A stretch of DNA of 64,000 nucleotides from positions 17,968 to 81,967 of the forward strand of contig JBBRBH010000004.1 in the NCBI GenBank assembly GCA_038205995.1, given 5' to 3'. The DNA is from Gemmatimonadales bacterium (GTDB lineage: Bacteria > Gemmatimonadota > Gemmatimonadetes > Gemmatimonadales > Gemmatimonadaceae). Under the pieces are notes generated by a model. That model was given only the letters and a program-made list of their open reading frames with translations, was not told the origin of the DNA and made no database searches. The position numbers and the translations under genes are program-made. Shown in pieces: positions 27,487 through 38,425 of the stretch (position 1 is the stretch's first letter; every line of letters starts with the position of its first letter).

Positions 27487-28631
27487 GCGGCGCACCTGAA
27501 AAGAATTCGCTGCCGCTCGCGGGCATTCGCGTCGTTGCACTCGAACAGGCCGTGGTCGCGCCGTTTTGCACGCGACAGCTCGCCGACATGGGTGCCGACG
27601 TAATAAAGATCGAGCGTCCCGGCGGCGGCGATCTCGCGCGCAGCTACGACCGCGCGCTGAACGGTGAATCCGCGTACTTCGCATGGCTCAACCGCGGAAA
27701 GCGCAGCATCGTGCTCGACGTGAAAGACGCGGGCGGCCGTCACGTGTGCGAAAAACTGCTGTCCCGCGCCGATGTATTTGTGCACAATCTTGCCCCTGGC
27801 GCCGTAGAGCGGCTCGGCTTCGGCTACGAAAAACTCGCCGAACGTTTTCCGCGATTGATTTGGTGCGGAATTTCCGGTTACGGGCCCGTGGGTCCGTACA
27901 AAGACAAGAAGGCGTACGACATGCTGATCCAGGGCGAAGCCGGAATCATCGGCATGACCGGTTCAGCCGATGCGCCGGCGAAGGTGGGCGTGAGCATCGT
28001 CGATATCGGCGCCGGCCACTATGCCTATTCATCGATTCTCGCCGCGTTGATCAATCGCGGCAAAACGGGTCGCGGAGATCGCCTCGACATCTCGATGTTC
28101 GAATGCATGACCGAGTGGATGATGCCGCCGCTGAACGTCTATCAGGGCACCGGCACAGCGCCGCGCCGCGAGGGAGTGCGCCACAACATGGTCGTCCCGT
28201 ACGGCGCGTACGCGTGCAGTGATGGCCCTGTGCTCTTTGCGGTGCAAACCGACCGTGAGTGGCGCCGCCTCTGCGCACAGGTGCTCGACGATGCGTCGAT
28301 TGCCGACGACGAGCGCTATGTCACGAACGAACTGCGTGTGAAGAATCGTGTCGTACTCGAAACGTTCATCGAGAACACCTTCGCGGCCAAGAGTTGCGCG
28401 GAGGTGACGGCGCTGCTCGAGAAAGCCGACATTCCAACCGGCGCGATGAACGACGTCGCGGACGTCGCGGCACATCCGCAGCTCGCGGCGCGCTGGGTAA
28501 AAGTGGGCTCGCCAAGTGGCGAATTTTCCGCGCTGCTGCCGCCGCACAATCTCCAGAGTGCGCCTCCCGCGATGGGCCGCGTGCCCGCGCTCGGCGAACA
28601 CACGGAAGAAATACTCGGCGAACTCGGCTAG
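27483..28631 (+). CDS. Family III CoA-transferase (CaiB/BaiF family)
   Basis: LPLAGIRVVALEQAVVAPFCTRQLADMGADVIKIERPGGGD is the typical N-terminus. The TTG start overlaps the ACAD stop as TTGA. Confidence 0.85.
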   Translation: MSGAPEKNSLPLAGIRVVALEQAVVAPFCTRQLADMGADVIKIERPGGGDLARSYDRALNGESAYFAWLNRGKRSIVLDVKDAGGRHVCEKLLSRADVFVHNLAPGAVERLGFGYEKLAERFPRLIWCGISGYGPVGPYKDKKAYDMLIQGEAGIIGMTGSADAPAKVGVSIVDIGAGHYAYSSILAALINRGKTGRGDRLDISMFECMTEWMMPPLNVYQGTGTAPRREGVRHNMVVPYGAYACSDGPVLFAVQTDREWRRLCAQVLDDASIADDERYVTNELRVKNRVVLETFIENTFAAKSCAEVTALLEKADIPTGAMNDVADVAAHPQLAARWVKVGSPSGEFSALLPPHNLQSAPPAMGRVPALGEHTEEILGELG

Positions 28632-31600
28632 TAGTTGCTGCTGGTCTTCACCTCGATTCCCGCTTCCTTCAGCGACTTGATCAGAGCCGGGAGATCGTCG
28701 TGCACAACTTTTGTCACGCGCTCCATCTGCTTTTGCAAATCCGCTGGCAGCGCCTGAATGGTTTTCTTCTGATCTTCGCTTACGCTGAATGAAACGTTCA
28801 GCATTTCCGTGAGCGCGTTGAACCGGGCCTGCACCGTCGCGTTCGAAGGCGCCGGCGGCGGACCCTGCTGATCGTCGATCGCCGCGGCAGGTTGTGCAGC
28901 AGCGGGGACGCCCGAGGGAGTCGAGGGAGTCGAGGGAGGCGCGGGAGGCGCGGCTGCTCCCCTTCCTCCTCGGCCTCCAGCCGGAGCGCCACCTCCGCCG
29001 CCCTGGCCACCGCGTCCCGCGGCACCCGGCGGTGCGCCAACCTGCTGAATGATCTCGCTCATTTCTTTCGTCAGCGCCGCGAGCTTCGCCTTTGCCTCTG
29101 GAGACAGTTTCGCCGCCGATGAATCAGCTGTGCGTTTTACAGCCGTGAAATTTCTCTGCAACGTATCGGCCTCTGCCTGCCTGGAACGCAGCGTGCGCTG
29201 AAACGCGGCCACGCTCACGCGGAACATGTACAGCTGCTTCATCTCCGCGTCCGTCATCATCACCAGCGGATCCTTGTGCAGCGAAAAGGTCTGCTCGAGG
29301 GTCGTTGTCGCGCCCGCCTTTGACGCGACGGTGAGACGCGCCTTGTATGTGCCGGGCTGCGCGGGGAACATCACGTCGCCGCCACCGCGACCGCCGAATC
29401 CGCCGCCACCGCCGCCACCACCACCCGCGGCCCCAGCCGGCGCGCCCGCGCCACCGCCGCGACCGCCGCGTCCGCCCGCGGGCGCAGTTCCCGGCGGCAG
29501 CGTATCCGTCACGGTTCCGGTGAGCGGCGGACCAACGCGCATATCCCAATACTGCCGGAATAATCCCTGCTTATTGTTCGCCGCCATCTGTCGAACGATG
29601 GTTCCGCTCGCGTCGACAATTGAAATTGTAGCCTTCGCGTCCGCCGGAATGTCGTTGAGCACGTACGCAATCCGCGCGCCGAGTTCCGGATTCTGTCCCG
29701 TGAACCCGCTCGTGCCCATTCCGGAGTTGCGCGACGCGTTTGGCTGATACGCGAGTTCGTCGCGAATGGGGAACATGAATGCCACCTGCGACGTCACGGC
29801 TTCCTTTGCCTTGGCGAGATGCTCGAGCGGCGCGAGATCGTCGAGAATGAAAACGCCGCGCCCGTGCGTCCCGACCACGAGATCGTTCCAGCGCGCCTGA
29901 ATCTGCAGGTCGTGCACGGGAACTCCCGGAATTCCGCTCTTGAGCTGAGTCCAGTGTGCACCACCGTCAATCGACGCATACACACCGAACTCGGTGCCGA
30001 CGAACAAGAGATTCGGCTGACGCGGATGCTCGCGAATCACCTGCACGCTGCCGCCATCCGGAAGATCCGACGCAATCGACGTCCACGTCTTGCCGAAATC
30101 CACGCTCTTCAAAACGTACGGCTTGAAATCGTTGCTGCGATGTCCGTCCATCGTCGCGTAAATCGTGGCCTCACTTGCCTTCGAAAAAACCACCCGGCTC
30201 ACGAACGTTGTGTCGGGCACGCCGGGAAAATGATCGGTCTTCACCCAGGTCTTTCCGCCGTCGCGCGTCACCTGAATCAGCCCGTCGTCGGTGCCAACAA
30301 CGATCAAGCCGGCGCGTATCGGCGATTCGTCAACCGTCGAGATATTGCTGAACTCCGCGGTGCCCTCGTTGCGGCCGAGCGCCGTTGAATCAGGCACGGC
30401 ACCGCGCATCGGCAACTTGTTGCGATCGATGCCGCGCGTAAGATCGGGCGATATCGTCACCCAGCTGTCGCCGCGATCCGGCGAGCGAAACAAATAATTC
30501 GCCGCCATGTACACGGTCTTCGGATCATGCCGCGACGGGAGAATCGGCGCACTCCAATTGAACCGGTGCGTTTCCTTATCCTTGGGCACGGGCTTGATGT
30601 TCTTTGCCTGGCCCGTGCGCTGATCGTACCGCACAACACCGCCGCCCTGCATCTCGGCGTACACCAAGTTGTAGTCCCACGGGTCCGGCACCGCGTAGAA
30701 TCCGTCTCCCCCGTGCATCCGGAACCAGTCGGCATTCGACGGACCAAAGGTGTTGCGCGTGCGGCTCGGCCCGCCCCACTGCTGATTGTCCTGCAGTCCA
30801 CCGTACACATTATAGAAGGGCTGCGCGTCGTCCACCGCGATCGCGTAGAACTGCGCGGCGACAATGTTCTCGACGTGGCTCCACGTTTTTCCGTGGTCCC
30901 AGGAAATGTTCAGGCCGCCGTCGGTGCCGAGGATCATCTGCTCGGGCGTTTCGGGATTGAACCAGAGCGCGTGATGATCGCCGTGGATGCCGTTGCCCTG
31001 CGCAAAGGTCGTCCACGTTTTTCCGCCGTCGAACGATTCGCGCGACGTGGCGCTCAAGCTCACGATGTGTTCCGGGTCGCTCGGATCGCAGCGCACCTGC
31101 GAGTAGTACCACGCGGTGCCGTTCACGCCGTTGATCAGGCGCCAAGTGTTGCCCGTGTCATCGGAGCGATAGATGCCGTTGGCCGGTCCCTTCGCGTGAA
31201 TCACCGAATAGAGCGTTGACGCTTTCGAACGGCACACGGTGAGACCGATGCGGCCGAGCTCGCCCGTAGGAAGACCGCCCGCGAGCTGCGTCCACGTTTT
31301 TCCCGCGTCACGTGTTTTGAAAATCGCGGTTTCGGATCCGCCCGGAAGAAATCCATATTCGCGCCGCTCGCGTTCGAGCGAGGCCGCATAGAGGACGTCT
31401 GGGTTCGACGGATCCATCACGAGTTCGGTGAAGCCCGTGTTCGCGCTGATGTTTTTCGTGTTGACCCACGTCTTGCCGCCGTCGGTCGTTTTGAAAAGCC
31501 CGCGCTCGCCGCCGGGCGCCCAGAGCGGGCCCATCGACGCGACGTACACGACGTTCGGATCGCGCGGATCGACGACGATGCGGCCAATGTGCTGCGATTT

Positions 31601-32068
31601 CGAAAGCATTGCGCCCGACCACGTCTTGCCGCCGTCCGTCGACTTGTACACACCGGTGCCCCACGACGAGCTGCGCATGTTGTTCGGCTCGCCGGTTCCG
31701 ACCCAGACGATCTCGGAGTTCGACGGCGAGACTGCAACGGCGCCGATCGATCCGGTGCGCACCGAATCGAAAACCGGAATCCAGCTCACGCCGGCGTTCG
31801 TCGATTTAAAAACACCGCCAGTCGCTGCAGCTATATAGATGACCGTGCCGAGTCTGCCGCCTCGTGAGGCTTTTGGGTTTTCCGCGACGGCGATGTCAGC
31901 GATTCGGCCGCCCATCAAGGCGGGGCCGATCGAACGGAAAGTGAGCGCCTTAACCAGCGCCGAATCCGCCGGAAGCGTCGCGCGCTGCGCAAAGGCTGTT
32001 GAGGACAGGAGTGCGCACGCAAGAATGGCTCGCGCGCCGCGACTGAAATTCAATGATGAAAAATGCAT
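28628..32068 (-). CDS. Secreted BNR/Asp-box repeat, VPS10/sortilin-like double beta-propeller protein with a C-terminal helical extension (paralog of 56942..60190)
   Basis: Track ORF (to 32251) trimmed to ATG 32068 (signal MHFSSLNFSRGARAILACALLSSTAFAQ). About 10 Asp-boxes are present: STDGGKTWSG, TTDGGKTWVN, TRDAGKTWTQ, SDDTGNTWRL, SFDGGKTWTT, SWDHGKTWSH, TRDGGKTWVK, SVDFGKTWTS, SIDGGAHWTQ. Confidence 0.85.
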   Translation of the reverse strand: MHFSSLNFSRGARAILACALLSSTAFAQRATLPADSALVKALTFRSIGPALMGGRIADIAVAENPKASRGGRLGTVIYIAAATGGVFKSTNAGVSWIPVFDSVRTGSIGAVAVSPSNSEIVWVGTGEPNNMRSSSWGTGVYKSTDGGKTWSGAMLSKSQHIGRIVVDPRDPNVVYVASMGPLWAPGGERGLFKTTDGGKTWVNTKNISANTGFTELVMDPSNPDVLYAASLERERREYGFLPGGSETAIFKTRDAGKTWTQLAGGLPTGELGRIGLTVCRSKASTLYSVIHAKGPANGIYRSDDTGNTWRLINGVNGTAWYYSQVRCDPSDPEHIVSLSATSRESFDGGKTWTTFAQGNGIHGDHHALWFNPETPEQMILGTDGGLNISWDHGKTWSHVENIVAAQFYAIAVDDAQPFYNVYGGLQDNQQWGGPSRTRNTFGPSNADWFRMHGGDGFYAVPDPWDYNLVYAEMQGGGVVRYDQRTGQAKNIKPVPKDKETHRFNWSAPILPSRHDPKTVYMAANYLFRSPDRGDSWVTISPDLTRGIDRNKLPMRGAVPDSTALGRNEGTAEFSNISTVDESPIRAGLIVVGTDDGLIQVTRDGGKTWVKTDHFPGVPDTTFVSRVVFSKASEATIYATMDGHRSNDFKPYVLKSVDFGKTWTSIASDLPDGGSVQVIREHPRQPNLLFVGTEFGVYASIDGGAHWTQLKSGIPGVPVHDLQIQARWNDLVVGTHGRGVFILDDLAPLEHLAKAKEAVTSQVAFMFPIRDELAYQPNASRNSGMGTSGFTGQNPELGARIAYVLNDIPADAKATISIVDASGTIVRQMAANNKQGLFRQYWDMRVGPPLTGTVTDTLPPGTAPAGGRGGRGGGAGAPAGAAGGGGGGGGGFGGRGGGDVMFPAQPGTYKARLTVASKAGATTTLEQTFSLHKDPLVMMTDAEMKQLYMFRVSVAAFQRTLRSRQAEADTLQRNFTAVKRTADSSAAKLSPEAKAKLAALTKEMSEIIQQVGAPPGAAGRGGQGGGGGAPAGGRGGRGAAAPPAPPSTPSTPSGVPAAAQPAAAIDDQQGPPPAPSNATVQARFNALTEMLNVSFSVSEDQKKTIQALPADLQKQMERVTKVVHDDLPALIKSLKEAGIEVKTSSNY

Positions 32069-32141
32069 GTCTTGAGAGCTAAAATGTGGGTTGGGCGACT
32101 TTCGAATGTGACCGAATGTGACATAGTGGAGAGGAAACGAC

Positions 32142-32240
32142 AACCGCAATTTGCCACGGGTTTTCACGGGTCTGCACGGGTCCTTCGCGTGGTACGTTTG
32201 ACCCGTGTGAACCCGTGAAAACCCGTGGCAAATTGCAGTT
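32142..32240. repeat. Imperfect 41-nt-arm inverted repeat made of helically phased CACGGGT heptamers (3 per arm, 10-bp spacing), 17-nt centre
   Basis: Left arm 32142..32182 is AACCGCAATTTGCCACGGGTTTTCACGGGTCTGCACGGGTC. The reverse complement of the right arm 32200..32240 is AACTGCAATTTGCCACGGGTTTTCACGGGTTCACACGGGTC, giving 37/41 matches. Heptamers lie at 32155, 32165, 32175 and are mirrored at 32201, 32211, 32221. It is intergenic between divergent genes. Confidence 0.9.
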
Positions 32241-32263
32241 GTCTCTTTCACTAGATTCCAACT

Positions 32264-33586
32264 ATGCGCACATCCTATTTACGGGCCATCGCCGCCGCTT
32301 GTTCAATCGCGGCAACCTCTTCGCTCTCAACCGCGCAGACGCTTTCGCCTGTTGAACGTCTAACCGCCCGCGCGGTTGATACGCACAACGCCGAAGCGCT
32401 CGCGCTGCTCGAGCGGATCGTGAACATCAACAGCGGCACGATGAATCTGGCCGGCGTTCGCGCCGTGGCGGATGTGCTCAAGCCGCAACTCGAGTCGCTC
32501 GGCTTCAAGACTCGCTGGGTCGACGGCGCATCCTTTAAGAGAGCGGGCCATCTCGTCGCGGAGCACAGTGGACCGGGGCCGAAGATTTTGCTGATCGGCC
32601 ATCTCGACACCGTGTTCGAGCCGTCGAGTCCGTTTCAGAAGTTTGTGAAGCTCAATGACTCGACTGCGACCGGACCCGCGGTGATCGACATGAAGGGCGG
32701 CGACGTCGTGATGATTTTTGCATTGCGCGCGCTGAAGGATGCTGGGCAGCTCGAGAAAATGAACATTGTCGCCGTGTTCGATGGCGACGAAGAATCCGCG
32801 GGCCGTCCGCTCAGCGCGTCGAGAAAAACGCTGATCGATGCCGCGGCCGGCGCGAGCGCGGCGATGGGATTCGAAGACGGCGCGGGCGATCCGAAATCCG
32901 CGGTGATCTCACGCCGCTCCGCCACCGAGTGGAAGATCACGACCACCGGATATCCCGGGCACGCGTCGCAGATCTTTCATGACGATATCGGCGCGGGTGC
33001 GATTTTTGAGATGTCGCGCATTCTCGACGAGTTCCGGCTGAAGCTCGCGGGCGAGCAGTATCTCGCGTTCAGTCCCGGCCTCGCGATCGGCGGATCGCTC
33101 GTGAGCGTCGACAGCACGAACACCGCCGGCAAGGCGAGCGGAAAAACCAATGTGATCGCGGGGAAGATGACCGTGACCGGCGACATGAGAACTATTTCGC
33201 CGGAGCAGCTCGCGAAAACGGAGAAGGCGATGCGCGAAATCGTGTCGCATCATCTGCCGAAGACCGGCGCCGAGATCACATTCGACGACGGCTATCCACC
33301 GATGGCGCCGACGGACGGAAATCGGAGACTGCTGGCGATGTACGATCAGGCGAGCCGCGATTTGGGATCAGGTTCCGTCATCGCCGTTGATCCATCGAAG
33401 GCCGGCGCCGCAGATGTCGCGTTCATCGCGGGGATGGTGCCGATGGTGATCGACGGCATCGGCCTCAGCGGGCACGACGATCATAGCGATAAAGAGACTG
33501 CGGATCTGCGGATGCTTCCGTCGCAAACCAAGCGCGCGGCGATTGTGTTGTTGCGGCTCATCGAACTCCGCAATATCGCGCCTTAA
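32264..33586 (+). CDS. Secreted M20-family metallopeptidase (carboxypeptidase G2-like)
   Basis: Signal peptide MRTSYLRAIAAACSIAATSSLSTAQ. LIGHLDTVF, GPAVIDMKGG and VFDGDEESAG are M20 metal-ligand and catalytic motifs. Confidence 0.85.
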   Translation: MRTSYLRAIAAACSIAATSSLSTAQTLSPVERLTARAVDTHNAEALALLERIVNINSGTMNLAGVRAVADVLKPQLESLGFKTRWVDGASFKRAGHLVAEHSGPGPKILLIGHLDTVFEPSSPFQKFVKLNDSTATGPAVIDMKGGDVVMIFALRALKDAGQLEKMNIVAVFDGDEESAGRPLSASRKTLIDAAAGASAAMGFEDGAGDPKSAVISRRSATEWKITTTGYPGHASQIFHDDIGAGAIFEMSRILDEFRLKLAGEQYLAFSPGLAIGGSLVSVDSTNTAGKASGKTNVIAGKMTVTGDMRTISPEQLAKTEKAMREIVSHHLPKTGAEITFDDGYPPMAPTDGNRRLLAMYDQASRDLGSGSVIAVDPSKAGAADVAFIAGMVPMVIDGIGLSGHDDHSDKETADLRMLPSQTKRAAIVLLRLIELRNIAP

Positions 33587-33937
33587 ATGAGCAACGTTGA
33601 GAAGATGAAAGCAGTGTTTGACCATCAGTTGTCGATGACGAAAGAAACGTGGTCGCGGCTTGTTGCGCACGGAGCCACGGACGGTGTTGCGCTTTCGCTC
33701 GACTTCTTCTTCAAGGCGCCGTCGATTCAGCGAGCTAGAGCTCTCCAGGAGTTTCTAGAGCAAGAGACCGATTACAAAGTGGGCATCTCCGAAGACAAGG
33801 ACGAATGGACGGTTCACGGCTCTACAGAGTCGACTGCGCTCACTCTTGCGATCTTGGAGCAGTGGGTGGATTGGATGGTTGCAACTGGCTTTCGCTTTGA
33901 TGCGATATTCGACGGGTGGGGTGCGGAGGTGGGCTGA
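33587..33937 (+). CDS. Small cytoplasmic protein with an RraB-like (regulator of ribonuclease activity B) domain
   Basis: 116 aa. The ATG immediately follows the peptidase TAA. LDFFFKAPSIQRARALQEFLEQ and a C-terminal FDGWGAEV resemble the E. coli RraB C-terminal ...YDGWGTYF pattern (recollection only). GC content is lower than in the flanks. Confidence 0.55.
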   Translation: MSNVEKMKAVFDHQLSMTKETWSRLVAHGATDGVALSLDFFFKAPSIQRARALQEFLEQETDYKVGISEDKDEWTVHGSTESTALTLAILEQWVDWMVATGFRFDAIFDGWGAEVG

Positions 33938-34051
33938 GTAATACCACGGTACGAGACAAGACCATGCAGGGAATCGGCGGTCTTGCCAAGCAAGCCACAA
34001 GGCCGCCAGGACGGCGCGAAGGTTTCTTGCGAATAGTAGGTTTGACAAACC

Positions 34052-34381
34052 ATGAACAATGAGAACTCACGCTGGTATGCGCTAACATTGTTGTTCGCCA
34101 GCCGTATCGGCGACAGCCCGAGTTTGCGGCCACTGTGTGAGGAGCGGGTGGTTCTATTTCGTGCAAAGAACGAACTCGCGGCACGCAAGGCCGCTGCGAG
34201 TCATGCGGAGGCCGAAGGGCATTCATATAAGAACAGCGAAAAGCGGGATGTGAAGTGGTATTTCGTCGGCGTTGTAAAGCTCGAAGTTCTCGACGAACCT
34301 GCGCGCGACGAGGGATGGGAGGTGGGGAGCCGATTTATTCGGCGATCGCTGCGAACAATTCGGCAGTTCCGCGGCAAGTGA
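34052..34381 (+). CDS. DUF4288-like small protein
   Basis: 109 aa. RWYALTLLFASRIGDSP...EERVVLFRAKNELAARKAAASHAEAEGHSYKNSEKRDVKWYFVGVVKLEVL matches my recollection of the DUF4288 pattern (WY..LLF ... E.SY.N ... W.FVG). No obvious SD sequence. Lower GC. Confidence 0.5.
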   Translation: MNNENSRWYALTLLFASRIGDSPSLRPLCEERVVLFRAKNELAARKAAASHAEAEGHSYKNSEKRDVKWYFVGVVKLEVLDEPARDEGWEVGSRFIRRSLRTIRQFRGK

Positions 34382-34439
34382 GCGGGGCAACCTAACTCTC
34401 ATTGCCGCCGATGCTCCAGACCTGGTTGCAGGCGTAGGC

Positions 34440-34913
34440 TTACCCACTCAGCCGCAGAATTTCCTCGAGCACCTCGATATCCGCCGCGTCCTGCATTCGG
34501 CCGGTGCGTTTGGATTCGATGAGTTGCTCGATCGAAGCCGTCGGAACTTTCACTCCCTCGAGTTCAAAGTTCACCGCGGTCGCCTTGGCATCCGCGAACT
34601 TCACGTTCCATGCGCGCGTGAGTATGTCGACGTTGGGAGTATCCCCTACGATCGTGACGGGCCGTCGCGCAACGTCCTCGGCCGAGAGTTCGGCCGCCAT
34701 GCCAAGTCCGAGTTTGGCGAGCGCACCGAGCACGCGGCGCGCGTTTTCCGTCGTGGGTTCGATCAGGATATCAATGTCACGCGTCGCGCGAGTGGTGCCC
34801 CATAGCTGCATCGCGGCAGCACCGACGAGCAGATAGTTCACACGCGCCACATGGAGTGCGTTGCAGACCTCGGCCAAACGCGTGACGTAGCGCTTCGCGG
34901 GTTTCTTTGTCAC
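34440..34913 (-). CDS. Minimal nucleotidyltransferase-fold protein (candidate toxin/effector of a two-gene module)
   Basis: 157 aa. NYLLVGAAAMQLWGTTRATRDIDILIEP fits the minimal NTase G-x(n)-D-x-D signature. The GTG start overlaps the upstream RHH gene's stop as GTGA. Confidence 0.65.
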   Translation of the reverse strand: MTKKPAKRYVTRLAEVCNALHVARVNYLLVGAAAMQLWGTTRATRDIDILIEPTTENARRVLGALAKLGLGMAAELSAEDVARRPVTIVGDTPNVDILTRAWNVKFADAKATAVNFELEGVKVPTASIEQLIESKRTGRMQDAADIEVLEEILRLSG

Positions 34914-35290
34914 GCGCCAGCCGCCTCAAGTTTTTTCCACGCGAGGTAATCCTCATAGCGGTCGAACGCTAAGACGCGTTTCACCCGAACACGGTCGCGA
35001 AGCTCGCCGACTCTTGCCGTTTCCTCTGCCGCGCGCACGCGTTCCTCGGGAGTGAGACGGAGATCGGCCACGAGTTGCGCGCGGCGCTGCGCGCCGAGAC
35101 CGCGAGTCGGCGTTTCCGGCGAGAGCGGCGGCGCGCCTGAGCCGTTCCGTCCCACCGAGTACTGCCGAATCGCCTCCGCGATGATCCAACTGCGCGGTCG
35201 GTCCTGCTGGCGCGCGAGTTGATCGGCTGCGGCGAGCTGCGCGCGCGGCAGTGTGATGGCAATCCGGGCGTATGGTTCTTTGTGTGGCAT
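34910..35290 (-). CDS. Ribbon-helix-helix (CopG/Arc/MetJ-like) DNA-binding protein (candidate antitoxin/regulator)
   Basis: 126 aa. ARIAITLPRAQLAAADQLARQQDRPRSWIIAEAIRQY shows the beta-strand/helix/helix pattern, followed by a charged helical C-terminal half. It is translationally coupled to the NTase gene. Confidence 0.65.
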   Translation of the reverse strand: MPHKEPYARIAITLPRAQLAAADQLARQQDRPRSWIIAEAIRQYSVGRNGSGAPPLSPETPTRGLGAQRRAQLVADLRLTPEERVRAAEETARVGELRDRVRVKRVLAFDRYEDYLAWKKLEAAGA

Positions 35291-35312
35291 ACTGAATACT
35301 ACTCAGTATGCC
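35286..35312. promoter_or_regulatory. Perfect 10-N7-10 palindrome (operator-like) overlapping the RHH gene start, in the RHH/PadR divergent region
   Basis: GGCATACTGA-ATACTAC-TCAGTATGCC. The arms are exact reverse complements. The RHH ATG (35290..35288) lies inside the left arm. Confidence 0.6.
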
Positions 35313-35419
35313 GATCCAATAGCAACGGTCACGCGTCCCGGCCGTCCCACCTACCAGTTCAGTGGAACAGGTGTTGGCACCATGCAACCTTTCCGATAGC
35401 TCCGGTGTCCAACCCTGCA

Positions 35420-35752
35420 ATGACCAAGACCCCGTCCGACCTCATCTACGGCACACTCAACGTCCTCGTCCTCAAAACGCTGACGTGGAAGCCGATGCAC
35501 GGCTACGCGATTTCCAACTGGCTCCGCGAACGTTCCGGCGGAACACTCACAATCGACGACGCCGCTCTGTATAAGGCTTTGCATCGCCTCGAGGAGCAGG
35601 GCGCCATCGAAAGCGAATGGGGCATGTCCGAAAACAATCGCCGAGCAAAATACTACCGGCTCACCGCGCTCGGCCGCCGCCAGCTCCGCGACGAACGCAC
35701 GGCATGGCACGACTTCGCGCTCGCCGTCTCACGCGTCTTGCGTACCGCATAA
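35420..35752 (+). CDS. PadR-family transcriptional regulator
   Basis: Trimmed to ATG 35420. LIYGTLNVLVLKTLTWKPMHGYAISNWLRERSGGTLTIDDAALYKALHRLEEQGAIESEWGMSENNRRAKYYRLTALG is the canonical PadR winged helix. Confidence 0.9.
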   Translation: MTKTPSDLIYGTLNVLVLKTLTWKPMHGYAISNWLRERSGGTLTIDDAALYKALHRLEEQGAIESEWGMSENNRRAKYYRLTALGRRQLRDERTAWHDFALAVSRVLRTA

Positions 35753-35755
35753 GTC

Positions 35756-38425
<2,670 letters not shown>

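Noticed and set aside
32069-32261. 5' extension of the BNR gene (to 32251) and the 60-aa ORF 32079..32261(-)
   Set aside because: Both read through the large CACGGGT palindromic element, and their open frames are a by-product of the repeat. The true BNR start, with its signal peptide, is at 32068.
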